From assembly GCF_019393635.1 (NCBI RefSeq), contig NC_057863.1, forward strand, positions 490,584,948-490,648,947: a stretch of 64,000 nt of DNA. The letters are read 5' to 3'. Positions within the stretch are counted from its first letter, which is position 1. Every line of letters begins with the position of its first letter. Below the pieces are notes generated by a model. It searched no databases, was not told where the DNA came from, and saw only the letters and a list, made by a program, of their open reading frames with translations. The position numbers were made by a program, and so were the translations under genes. This DNA is from Dromiciops gliroides (lineage: Eukaryota). Positions 48,236 through 58,740 of the stretch are shown here, piece after piece.

Positions 48236-48239
<4 letters not shown>

Positions 48240-48283
<44 letters not shown>
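48240..48283. repeat. (AC)n microsatellite of about 22 units.
   Basis: It is an uninterrupted acacac… run. Confidence 0.95.
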
Positions 48284-48287
<4 letters not shown>

Positions 48288-48639
48288 TTAATGTAGAAAT
48301 ACCTCTAACTAAAGAGAGAAATATGTGCAATGTTGAGAGAGTTGTTAAGAGGGAGTAATAATACTGGAGAGGAAGGAGTTAGGAGCAAAAACCTATCTGT
48401 TCTCCCATCAGTCAACAGGATGAGGTCAAATTTCATTTCTTACATTTTATTCATCGAGACACTCCCTTGGCTCCCTTCCCACAATCAAAACTTTCCCTGC
48501 TGTCTAACTGTCAGAGGAGTTAGGGAACTAATGGCTATCTCTAACCACATTTTAGTTTCAGAACCTCTTCTGAGAGACAACTAATAATGGAAGAAATAAA
48601 AGCCAAAACCCATAATACTTTAGAGATTGAGGGACCTTC

Positions 48640-48740
48640 CAATCCAACCATTCCTATCTATATCTATATCTATCTATCTATATATACGTATGTATGTATG
48701 TATAGATTTCTATATAAGAACACACACACACACCCACACA
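48640..48740. repeat. Compound (TATC)n/(TATG)n/(CA)n microsatellite.
   Basis: The sequence is ctatctatatctatatctatctatctatatatacgtatgtatgtatgtatag…acacacacacacccacaca. Confidence 0.9.
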
Positions 48741-50215
48741 TATATAAAAGATTATACTAGACAGGCAGTCTACATTATATTCCCAACAATGGGCATTCAA
48801 CAAACATCCCATTTCTCTTTAAGTCTCCTCAAGCTTCAAAACTGAAATGTTTTAAAGAACAAAATGGTGATACATACACTCTGAATATTTCCTTACCACC
48901 ACATCAATTCCAAACTTCTCGTTTTCTTCTTCCTCAAAATCCCACCTTACTACATGAAAGTAAAATAAAACAAACAATTATACCACTTAAGAGTGTTATG
49001 GGAACTTAGAGATCTTCTTAAAGAGAAACTTTATTTAAGAACCAAGTGACCTCAAACATATGGTACATTTAAAAGATAATAATAACCTACCACCTGAACT
49101 TAAGGAAGAATCAATCAGGGGAGGAGATGGTAGTTTAAAGCCAGCTGTCACAGAGCATAAGTAGAAGCAAAAGCACCCCGGGAAAGCAGAGCAGAACAGT
49201 GGCTGGAAAGGGCAAGAAGAGGCTGCAGGTTTAACACAGGGAACAGAGAGATAAAATGGAGTTGAGAGATGGGTTCATACACACCTGGCAGGGGGATTTA
49301 TACCCCTAGATCCAAGAACTTTCTGGTTCCAAGTCCTGGACTGTTTTACAGAAAAGAAAAAACCCAACTCAAAACCAAAAGAAAACGCCCAGTGACTCAG
49401 AAACACTTCCTTTCCCCTCCCAGAAAACACCCTTGGTCAGCTGGCCCATACCAGAGAAGGGAAAGGGGCGGGGGCATGGGAGCAGACTCTGCTCCCTTCT
49501 CCTCCCCCCATCACATTCTGCTGAAAAGGGATGGCAGAAGTGGGGCAACAGAGGACCTAGTGAATTAACCTCTGCTGATGGAACATGAAAAATATACACC
49601 CAAGAGTTTTAATTCTTCAGACAAATACCCTCCTTAGTTGGGGATAAGAGATTTGTAGGTTATAGATTACAAATCTCAGAGGCTGTCAAATGCAATCCCC
49701 TCATTTTACATAAGGGGAAACTAAGCACCAGATAAATTGACTTGTTCAAGGTTATACAGGTAGCAAGTGTCAAAAGTGGGATTAAAATTCAATCCAAGTG
49801 AGAGTTCTAGGCAGAGGGGGCAACCAATGAAAATTTCCAGAGTTGGGAGATGGAGTGCCTTGTGTAAGGAATACTAATATCAAGGAGACCAGTGCCACAG
49901 GTTGCAAAGTCCCTGGGAGCATGAGGATAGAAGGAATTAGAATGCAAAGGCAGAAGGGGTCTGGCTTTGGAGGGCTTCAGAAGCCAGATGATTTTATATT
50001 TGACTTGTAATTTAGGAAGATCACTTTGGCAGCTGAATGGAGGATGGACTAGAGTGGGGACAAACTTAAGGCAGGGATACCAACTAGTAGCTCAGGTATG
50101 ACATGATGAAGGCCTGTACGAGACTGGCAGTATCAAATAATATGAGAAATGTTGTGGACATATAAACACAGGACTTGGCAACTGACTGGATATGAGAGTG
50201 AGGAGTTAAAGATGA

Positions 50216-50352
50216 TACCTAGTGGTGCAGTGGATAGAGCACCGGTCCTGGAGTCAGGAGTACCTGGGTTCAAATCCGGCCTCAGACACTTAACACTTAC
50301 TAGCTGTGTGACCCTGGGCAAGTCACTTAACCCCAATTGCTTCACTTAAAAA
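50216..50352 (+). mobile_element. tRNA-derived SINE nested in an older repeat.
   Basis: The sequence is cctagtggtgcagtggatagagcaccggtcctggagtcaggagtacctgggttcaaatccggcctcagacacttaacacttactagctgtgtgaccctgggcaagtcacttaaccccaattgcttcac. Confidence 0.9.
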
Positions 50353-50539
50353 CAAAAAAAAAGATGGTAACTAGGTTGTGAGACTGGGTGACTGGATGGT
50401 AGTACAGTCAATGGTAATAGAGAACTTAGGGAGAGGTACCCTCCATCGTAATTTGGAAGTTAGGAAGAGGGGAGGTTTTAGGAGAAAGACGTTAAGTTCA
50501 GTTTTGGATATGTTGAGTTTATGTTGTCTACAGCCTATC

Positions 50540-51190
50540 TTCTTTTTTTTTTTAATAAACATTTTCATTTAAAGTTTTGAGTTCCAAATTCTATCCCTTC
50601 TTCCCTTCCTCCCCTCCCCAATTCCTGAGGCAGCAAACAATCAGATATAGGTTATGCATGTGCAATTATGCAAAATGTTACCATATTAGTCATCTTGTAT
50701 AAGAAAACTCGAATAAAAGAAAAACAAGTTAAAACTAACTAGCATGCTTCATTCTGTGTTCAATCAACATCAGTTTTCTTTGGAGGTGGAGAGTGTGCTT
50801 CATCAATAGTCCTTTGGGATTGTCTTGGACCACTGTATTGCTGAGAATAGTCATTCACACTTCTTCATCCAACAGTATTGCTGTCTCTGTGCACAATGTT
50901 CTCTTGGTTCTGCTCACTTCACTATACATCAGTTCATACAAGTCTTTCCAGGCCTTTCAGAAATCATCCTGCTTGTCATTTCTTATAGCACAATAATATT
51001 CCATCACCATCATATACCACAGTTTGTTTAGCCACTCCCTAACTGATGGGCATTCCTTTGATTTCCGCTTCTCAGCCACAAAGGAAAGAGCTGCTTGAAA
51101 CACTTTTGTATAAACAGGCCTTTTTATCTTTTTTGGGGGATGTCTTTGGGATATAAACCCAGCAGTGGTATTGTACAGCCTAACTTCTTA
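50540..51190 (-). mobile_element. LINE-1 3' end.
   Basis: It is near-identical in layout to 4680-5640 and 55400-56130. It contains tttgagttccaaattctatccc and the ORF2 C-terminal remnant …IPQFV…/…HHHHIPQFV…. Confidence 0.8.
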
Positions 51191-52089
51191 AACTGTGGGT
51201 CGAGATCCATAACTGAATGTGGAGGTCAGGAAAAAATTGGCAACCATAAAAGGTTATGTATACCTATTTTATATACCTATACACCCGGGGTCCTGTAAAA
51301 ATTTCTCAGGCAAAAAGGGGTTGTGAGTGGAAAAAGTTTAAGAAGCCCTGGTCTATGAGACATCCAGTTTAAAATGTTCAGTGGGCAGTTTGAAATGTGA
51401 AAGTGGAGGTGAGGAGATAGGTTAGCGCTGGACAAAACTGAGAATCACAGGAGCTGAAGAGATAAAGTAAGAATTGGGTGGCTAGGGCTAACTTTCCCTA
51501 CTTGTCAGACAGATAATTGGGAGATGACTATTTTTGGAGTGAACTTTTAGATACATACCTGCCTACCCCTTGGGAAATTTCAGAATGCTGCTGTGACCTA
51601 ACCAAACAAAAAAATGGGGCCCTCCGCCAAAAAAAAAAATCAACAACAAACCAATGGATATTACCAAAATAGACCTTAAGCAAAAACATCCCCAGTTAAA
51701 ACAACAAAACCCTTGAGAGTTTTGCTCCTTGAAGGTAAGGACAATCTTTTTGCTTCTATTTGTATTCCAGGAGTCCAGCACAGTGCCTGGCACATTGAAA
51801 GCACTTTAAGAGATATTGGTTGACTGTAGCTTTCAAAAGAGGAAGCACAGTTCTAAGGATAGAGTCAGGAAGGCTCTAACCTAGTTAAAACCCCTCCTGG
51901 GACATTAGCCCTATTACTATGGACGCCTCTCTTTCATAATTGTCTGGGCCTCAGTTTTCTAATCTCTAAAATGGAGATAGTACCTGTAGAGCTTACCTCA
52001 TGGTCTCGTTATGGGGCTCTAATGAGAAAACATACATGGACAGTGCTTTGGAGATTTTAAAGCACCAAAGAAACGTCAGTTATTATTGT

Positions 52090-53100
52090 AAACATCTTTA
52101 GCCCCCGGAGGAGCGTTGGCCCTGCTTGACAGCATCAGTTCCAGCTTAGATAAGGCCCCATAAACTTCTTGGTTGGTTGCTTCCTAGTCCTCTGCACCGC
52201 CTTCCGCCTTTGGGAGTTGCTAAAAGCAAATTTCTACTACGAAAGGTGGTTTCTGGAAACGATTCTCACTCAAAGTAAAGGAACCACAGTTCCCAAAGCC
52301 AACCTCCAAAGCCGCCTCCACTCCCGCCTCTCTTTCCAGCATCAGCGGAAGGAGCTTCTCGACCCAGTCAACGACCAGTAACGTCCATTTCAGGGCTGTG
52401 TCCTGGGGGTTGTAGTTCGCAAACCAGCCTGCGGCGCCCTGCCTCTAGGACACTGAAGGCACAGTTGGCCTACATTTCCCAGATGCCTCAGAACCCCGGC
52501 GGGTGGAGCCCCGACGGGGTTGGAGGCGGGGCTTCGGTGGAGGCGGTGGCTCATTTGTAAATGGAGCGGGAGGCGCTGGAGGTGCCGCGGCTCTGGCGCC
52601 GGTTGGGAACTGAACTGAGGGGCCAGAAGAGGCGAGAGTGGTAATTTGGGGCCGCGGGTGGGGTTCGGGGTCGTTTCCGGGTGGTTGAGGCTGGGGGGGA
52701 AAACAGTTTTGTCCTTGGGCGCCTGAGCCCGGCAGCGTTTTGATGCCCTAGGGATGCCCCGGAGCCCCGCTCTGCGGGAGGCCCGGGGGTTTGGGGGAGA
52801 GGGAAGACTGCTCCATGGTTGTCCAGTTCGGGGCCTGGGGTGAGGGTGAGGGCGGGGACGCCCTCTCCACTGTGCCCCCGACTTGTCACAGCTTGCTCCG
52901 GACGCTTTTTGCTGTAGTGAGATGAGGGTCCGGTTTCTGGGAGGTTTTAAAGAGTTTCTGCTTTAAGTCCCCTGCTGGGCTCCTTTCCCTTTTAAAGTCG
53001 CTCTTGATCGTTTTCTGTGCTTTGATGCTGATGGGTTGTGGAACCGTCGCTATCGGTTTCAAGGCTTTTAAATCCTTGGTTTAGAGAAGAAAAGAAAAAG
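52090..53100. promoter_or_regulatory. CpG island between the divergent 5' ends of PARP4 (minus) and CENPJ (plus). It is probably a bidirectional TATA-less promoter.
   Basis: This is the only long stretch with dense CpG in the window, for example ccccggcgggtggagccccgacggggttggaggcggggcttcgg and gccgcgggtggggttcggggtcg. It is GC-rich, unique sequence and begins directly after a MIR-like repeat ends at ~52080. It contains ETS-like CTTCCG/GGAAG sites and a partial ZNF143/THAP11-like ACTACA..TTCCCAG motif at ~52466-52490. Confidence 0.6.
52500..52639 (+). other. CENPJ: Putative CENPJ non-coding exon 1 (5'UTR). The TSS is not determined.
   Basis: A plus-strand donor GCGAGAGTG|gtaatttgg lies at 52639/52640 inside the CpG island. 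Exon 2 (57647) begins 91 nt before the ATG, which implies an upstream non-coding exon. The 5' boundary is arbitrary. Confidence 0.3.
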
Positions 53101-53364
53101 ATAAATCTTTTTTTTTTCTTCCCAAAGCAACAAACTAAATTTTCCGTACCATTTAGTAGACTTTGAAGATGTTGTGATGTTGGCAGCAGTTTGTCAGACA
53201 CTAAAATGACCGTGGCTTTTTTTTTCTTTTTTTTAGAAGGGTGCTTAAAAGTTCTTTTTCCTAGATGCGCTAGGGTTCTCATTCCACCCTTTTTGGAGGG
53301 TGGTAGTGGTGGTAGTGCTCCATTGTCTTATGGAAATTTGTCTCCAATTTCTTTCTTTCTTTCG

Positions 53365-53503
53365 GTGCGGCAGTGAGGGTTAAGTTACTTGTCCAGGGTC
53401 ACACAGCTAGTAAGTGTCAAGTGTCTGAGGTCAAATTTGAACTCAGGTCGTCCTGAATCCAGGGCTGGTGTTTTATCCATTGCGCCACATAGCTGCCCCC
53501 TCC
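53365..53503 (-). mobile_element. tRNA-derived SINE just downstream of the CpG island, in CENPJ intron 1.
   Basis: The sequence is gtgcggcagtgagggttaagttacttgtccagggtcacacagctagtaagtgtcaagtgtctgaggtcaaatttgaactcaggtcgtcctgaatccagggctggtgttttatccattgcgccacatagctgcccc. Confidence 0.9.
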
Positions 53504-54416
53504 AATTTCATTTTAATATTAGTACGATACATACTGAATCATCACAATGCCAAATTGGCTATTTCTCCAGGTAAAATAGGTATCTGCTCCGTGCTCCCCC
53601 ACCCACAGCAGATAACTTATAGAAATGAAACAAATTACTTCGATGTAATTGCATGAACTAACTCACTATTTAGGATTAAAGTCATGAAACATTGAACTTG
53701 AAGTACATTTCTAGAACAAAACAGTGGGAAAAATAAAAGCCAGCAAATATTTCTTAAGCATCTTCTGTGTGTTAGGTACTGGGGTACAGAGACATAAATA
53801 AAAGTTCTTGCCTTTAAAGGGCTTAATTTTTGTTACGGAGGAGACAAATATGGCAGTATATAAAAAATAAATACAAGGTAATTTCCTGGGGGAGGAATAA
53901 GGAAAGCTCAGGAAATGCTTCATGTAGGAGGAAGAAAAGATGGAAATAGCTTTAGTGCAGTGGAATGTTTTCTTAGTCTAGTGAGGAATTCTGCTTTTAA
54001 ATATAACAAAATAATCTTGTAATTTGTTTCTCATCCTGATTTTTTGCTTTTAAAACTTGTTTTCATGTGACCATTTCAATGCCATTTTCAAGTTTACTTT
54101 TAATGAAAAATTACCATTGCTCTAGTTGGATACTTTAAATTAATTACATAATAAAGATGAATAATACATATTAAAGGCTATTTTTTTGGTGACAGTAGAA
54201 GGATACAGATTTTAAAATATTGAATGTTGTGGATACATAGTAATACAATACTTACCTGTATGCTTTTAAAGCGGTTTTATTTGCTTTAAATGGCATGATG
54301 TATTTGTGATATAAGTATTTTAAAGTTTATCTTAACAGGGGCGTGTATCAAGGAATGTTAGTCATAAATGATATTAATTTATTATTCTTGGTACCAAATG
54401 TGTTATTTTCTTTTTT

Positions 54417-54563
54417 TTTTTTTGGTTTGTTTTTTGCGGGGCAATGAGGGTTAAGGGACTTGCCCAGGGTCACATAGCTAGTGTCAAGTGTCCTAGGGAT
54501 TTGAACTCAGGTCCTCCTGAATCCAGGGCCGGTGCTTTATCCACTGTGCCACCTAGCAGCCCT
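54417..54563 (-). mobile_element. tRNA-derived SINE in CENPJ intron 1.
   Basis: The sequence is ttttttttttggtttgttttttgcggggcaatgagggttaagggacttgcccagggtcacatagctagtgtcaagtgtcctagggatttgaactcaggtcctcctgaatccagggccggtgctttatccactgtgccacctagcagccc. Confidence 0.9.
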
Positions 54564-54953
54564 AAATGTGTTCTTTTCTTTCTTTGAACCTACCTTAATG
54601 TCAGTTAGCCCTCGACTATACAAACATTGCATATTCAGGAATAATTCCTACTTCAGTAAAAAGTTGTTTCCTGTCTTTAAAACATCCGTTATGTTTTTGA
54701 TTTAAGCATTGTTTTCTTCAGTGCCCCATATGTCCAGTGTTTCCCATTTTTTTCTTAAAGTATTATAATGTATAGGTATAAGGCTTGTAATCTACAAATC
54801 TTTTGACCAATTTCTTACTCCTGAACTGTATTTTTCAACATTTTTCTTTGCTGTCCTCTCCTGGACTCACCTTTGCATCAATCACTCAGAATCAGAGAAT
54901 ATGTTGAATTAATTTGGAAGTTCTTAATGAATTCTTCATGAAATGTCTCTAGG

Positions 54954-55092
54954 GGCAGCTAGGTGGTGTAGTGGATAGAGCACTGGCCCTGGATTTAGAA
55001 GGACCTGAGTTCAGATGCGGCCTCAGACACTTGACATTTACTAGCTTTGTGACCCTGGGCAAGTCACTTAACCCCCATTGCCCCGCCCAAAA
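54954..55092 (+). mobile_element. tRNA-derived SINE in CENPJ intron 1. Its orientation is inverted relative to the neighbours at 54417 and 55237.
   Basis: The sequence is gggcagctaggtggtgtagtggatagagcactggccctggatttagaaggacctgagttcagatgcggcctcagacacttgacatttactagctttgtgaccctgggcaagtcacttaacccccattgccccgcccaaaaaaaaaaa. Confidence 0.9.
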
Positions 55093-55236
55093 AAAAAAAG
55101 GAAAAAACTATTTACTAAAATGTCTCTAGCCCTTCATTCTCTATAGTAAAAGTTGTTATATAAGCTAGGTATTTTTATGGTCTGCTTTTTATTTTATTTT
55201 ATTTTATTTATTTATTTATTTATTTAATTTTTTTTG

Positions 55237-55396
55237 TTTTAGTGAGGCAATTGGGGTTAAGTGACTTGCCCAGGGTCACACAGCTAGTAAGTTTTAAGTG
55301 TCTGAGGCCGGATTTGAACTTAGGTACTCCTGACTTCAGGGCCGGTGCTCTATCCACTGCGCCACCTAGCTGCCCCTACGCCACCTAGCTGCCCCT
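55237..55396 (-). mobile_element. tRNA-derived SINE in CENPJ intron 1, with a short tandem duplication at its tRNA-like end.
   Basis: The sequence is ttttttgttttagtgaggcaattggggttaagtgacttgcccagggtcacacagctagtaagttttaagtg...ccactgcgccacctagctgcccctacgccacctagctgcccct. The last 19 nt are duplicated. Confidence 0.9.
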
Positions 55397-55399
55397 TAT

Positions 55400-56130
55400 T
55401 TTATTTTTACATGTAAAGATAGTTTTCAACATTTGTAGCCCCTGTTTTTATAGGATTTTGAGTTCCAAATTTTTCTCCCTTCCTTCTTTCCCTTCCCCTC
55501 TTCCCAACATGACAAACAGTCTGATATAGGTTATATATATGTACAATCACATTAAACATATTTCCACATTAGTCGTGTTGTGAAAGAAGAATCAGAACAA
55601 AAGGGAATTAAAAGAACAACAACAGAAAACCCCCAAAAGTAAAAATAGCATGATTAAATCTGCATTCAGACTCCACAGTTCTTTTTTCTGGATGTGGAGA
55701 ACACTTTCCATCATGAGTCCTTTGGAATTGTTTTAGATCACTGTATAGCTGAGAAGAGCTAAGTTTATCACAGCTGATCATCACACAATGTTGCTATAAC
55801 TGTGTACAATGTTCTCCTAGTTCTAGTCACTTCACTCAGCATCAGTCCACTTAAGTCCATGTTTTTCTGAAATCTGCCTGCTTATCATTTCTTAAAGCAC
55901 AATAGTATTCCATTACATTCATATACCACAATTTGTTCAGCCATTCCCCAATTGATGGGCATCCCCATAATTTCCAATTCTTTGCCACCACAGAGAGCTT
56001 CTAGAAATATTTTTGTACAAGTAGGTCCTTTCTCCCTTTTTATGATATCTTTGGGATACAGACCTAGTTGTGGTATTACAGGGTCAAAGAGTATGCACAG
56101 CCCCATAGCCCTTTGGGCATAGTTCATGGT
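55400..56130 (-). mobile_element. LINE-1 3' end in CENPJ intron 1.
   Basis: The minus ORF 55885-56127 encodes NYAQRAMGLCILFDPVIPQLGLYPKDIIKREKGPTCTKIFLEALCGGKELEIMGMPINWGMAEQIVVYE, an L1 ORF2 C-terminus. The 3'-tail motif ttttgagttccaaatttttctccc is at 55460. Confidence 0.85.
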
Positions 56131-56612
56131 CAGCTTTTAAAAAAATGAAATGATCAGACCAACCCTACAAAGTCCTCTATTTGTCTCTCCAAACCTGTGA
56201 GCCACTCTCTGTTTAGCTGTGACTTTTGTCTTCTGGTTTCATTAACAGGGAGAACATCAATCAATATTGATAACGTTTCACTTCCTCTAGTAGAATGTCC
56301 AATCTTTGGTCATTAGACAAAGATGACCAGTTCTCATATTTAGAATACCAATAGCTAATTTTCACAGATGGGCTAAGCAGTGTTTGATTTGTAGCAACTT
56401 CTGTTTTCAGTAGTCTTCCATAGTTGCTGCAAAATCAGAAGGGAGCGATACAGAACTGAGGATCATTTTGTATTTTTCCTTGTTTTATGGGCAACTATGG
56501 CCAAAGAATTTTTCACCAAAGGTGATGAGTCTCTTCATACTTAGCTGACAGCCTCTAGGAACCCAGGGTTGTCTGTCTCCGTGTTATAATGAAACTTCAC
56601 AATAGGATTTTG

Positions 56613-56616
56613 TAGA

Positions 56617-56670
<54 letters not shown>
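56613..56670. repeat. (GT)n microsatellite of about 24 units, followed by an imperfect (TA)/(TATG) repeat zone out to ~56960.
   Basis: The sequence is gagtgtgtgtgtgtgtgtgtgtgtgtgtgtgtgtgtgtgtgtgtgtgtgtaagtg. Confidence 0.95.
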
Positions 56671-56671
<1 letters not shown>

Positions 56672-57646
56672 GTGTATACATATATATGTCTATATATACT
56701 GAGTATGTGTGTATATATATGCACATACTTATGCTATAGCCAAGTCATATCTGTATAATATATACATCCAGATCTATAGAATATATGTATATGTATGTGT
56801 CCATACTATTGTTTTATAATGGTGTCTTTCATAATGGATTGCTGTTTCAGGAGAATACTTGGGAGGGGATGTATATATTCAGTATATATAGACATAGATG
56901 CCAATATCGATATGTGTGTATATGCATATGCATATATACTGTGGGGACCAATTTTTAATTGGGGAGTGTTAGCTAAGCGGCTTGCCGAAATATTGGGGCA
57001 AGGAAGGAGACCGGCAGCCTCCCTCAAAACAGAACAAGATTTATTTTAACAAGAATGAACTTAAAAAAACCCAACACAAACAGGATCAGTAGGATCAAGG
57101 GAAAGGAAATAAAATGGGGAAAGGGAAATTATAATACCTGAAAAAATACCACCGCCCAGGAATCAGCTGAAAATACGCAGCAGAACGCCTGTCGTTTTCC
57201 AGCTTCATACTATTTATTTTATAGTGTTGTCTTTCATAATGGATTGCGGTTTCAGGAGAATATTCAGTTTAATTTGTTAGAACATCTGATAGATCCAATT
57301 ATGCAAACATTATTAAGTGAATATTATGTACAAGGTGCTGTAAGATGTGCTAGAGATAAAAATATGAAAAAACTTCCTAGCTGAGGGAATTCATAGGCCA
57401 GTATTAGAAGAGGGAAAAATGTACCCAGGTAACTACAAGTAAGAATGTGAAATATTCAAAGGAGTGGCCAAACAAAAGGGATAAGCTATTCCAGAAGTAG
57501 TTCTTTTAGTTGGGGGTTCAGAGGAAAGCTTTGTGAAGGTGGTGGTACCAAAACCCTATTTGAGAAGAGAAAGATTTCAACAAGCCTATGATGGGGCTGG
57601 ATGCTTTCTATTATAATGGTTTTAATTGCTGTTTTTCTCTCTGCAG

Positions 57647-58166
57647 GTATTGGATATCAACAGTCAGATCCAACACCTGTATGCTACAAAAGCTTTGACG
57701 CTATTTTAACTTAGTGCTTCAGATTACAATTTTCCTGATGCCCACTTCTTCAGAATTAAATAGTGGGCAAAATTTTTTAGCTCAGTGGATGTCCAATCCT
57801 TCTCGTGCTGGTGTGATACTGAATCGTGGATTTCCTAGTTTGGAAACAGGGAGAGAGAATCAGTCAAATGCAAATAATTCCTCTAGTTTTACTGTTAAAA
57901 GCACAGATTTTTCAGATGGCTGTAGCTTTCTAAGTGATGATTCACTTTGTGAAGAGCAGATCTTGGATTCTAAAAGCCCTTACGGAGTGCAGTCAGATAC
58001 AAAAGAAACACATGCAGTCTTTCTTCACACTAAAAAGACACAACAATTATTGCCATGCAAAGATGCCCTGAGCCACTGGGAAAATGGCAGAATTGATGTT
58101 GAAACTGATGTGGGTGATGCCAAAGAAGCTGCTTATAGAGATCCACTTTTCAAGAAACTTGAGCAG
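57647..58166 (+). CDS. CENPJ: CENPJ exon 2. It carries 5'UTR and then the start codon, with the CDS running 57738-58166. Encodes [41 protein letters not shown]...AYRDPLFKKLEQ.
   Basis: The translation matches the human CENPJ N-terminus [41 protein letters not shown]...KDPLFKKLEQ. The acceptor is ctctctgcag|G and the donor is GAGCAG|gtaaat. The CDS part is 429 nt (143 codons). Confidence 0.88.
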
Positions 58167-58208
58167 GTAAATAAAATATTTGGCCAGATGGATGGATTAT
58201 TGTAGGTT

Positions 58209-58740
58209 TTGTGTACATGGTTTTTATCTTCACTAATAGCTTATATATTTTGTGGGGGAGGGGTTAGACAATTGGGGTTAAGTGAGTGTACATGGTTTTT
58301 AAATGCATTTCTGCCCCCCCCCCAAATTTGTGTCCTTTTTTTTTTTTTTTGGGTGAGGCAATTGGGGTTAAGTGACTTGCCCAGGGTCACACAGCTAGTA
58401 CGTGTCAAGTGTCTGAGGCTGGATTTGTGTTTTTTTTTTTTTTAGTGAGGCAATTGGGGTTAAGTGACTTGCCCAGGGTCACACAGCTAGTAAGTGTCAA
58501 GTGTCTGAGGCCAGATTTGAATTCAGGTCCTCCTGAATTCAAGGCTGGTGCTTTATCCACTGTGCCACCTAGCTGCCCCCTGAGGCCGGATTTGAACTCA
58601 GGTACTCCTGACTCCAGGGCCGGTGCTCTATCCACTGCGCCATCTAGCTGTCCCCTGAGGCTGGATTTGAACTCAGGTCCTCCTGAATCCAGGGCCAGTG
58701 CTCTATCCACTGTGCCATCTAGCTGCCCCAAGTGTCCTTT
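58209..58740 (-). repeat. Compound SINE cluster in CENPJ intron 2. It holds nested or partial SINE fragments and a tandem triplication of the SINE tRNA-like half.
   Basis: The region 58209-58420 contains two partial SINE fragments (...gacaattggggttaagtgagtg... and ttttttgggtgaggcaattggggttaagtgacttgcccagggtcacacagctagtacgtgtcaagtgtctgaggctggatttgtg). A complete SINE follows from 58431 and runs into two extra tandem copies of the ~70-bp unit tgaggccggatttgaactcaggt(a/c)ctcctga(a/c)tccagggcc(g/a)gtgctctatccactg(c/t)gcca(c/t)ctagctg(c/t)cccc, out to ~58735. Confidence 0.85.

Noticed and set aside
52090-52450. A minus-strand ORF (MLEREAGVEAALEVGFGNCGSFTLSENRFQKPPFVVEICF) in the CpG island, considered as the PARP4 coding exon 1.
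   Set aside because: It shows no convincing similarity to the PARP4 N-terminus. The true ATG exon was found at 43718-43850 with an upstream acceptor. This region is more likely to hold a non-coding PARP4 exon 1 and the promoter.
52551-52889. A 112-aa minus-strand ORF (…PPAAPNYHSRLFWPLSSVPNRRQSRG…) inside the CpG island.
   Set aside because: It is GC-rich, low-complexity and Pro/Arg/Ser-rich, which is typical of spurious ORFs in CpG islands. It has no splice context and overlaps the putative CENPJ exon 1 on the other strand.
58430-58740. Regularly spaced ~70-bp direct repeats that superficially resemble a repeat array.
   Set aside because: The units are contiguous tandem copies of the SINE tRNA-like half, with no unique spacers. 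The surrounding sequence is eukaryotic intron. This is not a CRISPR array.
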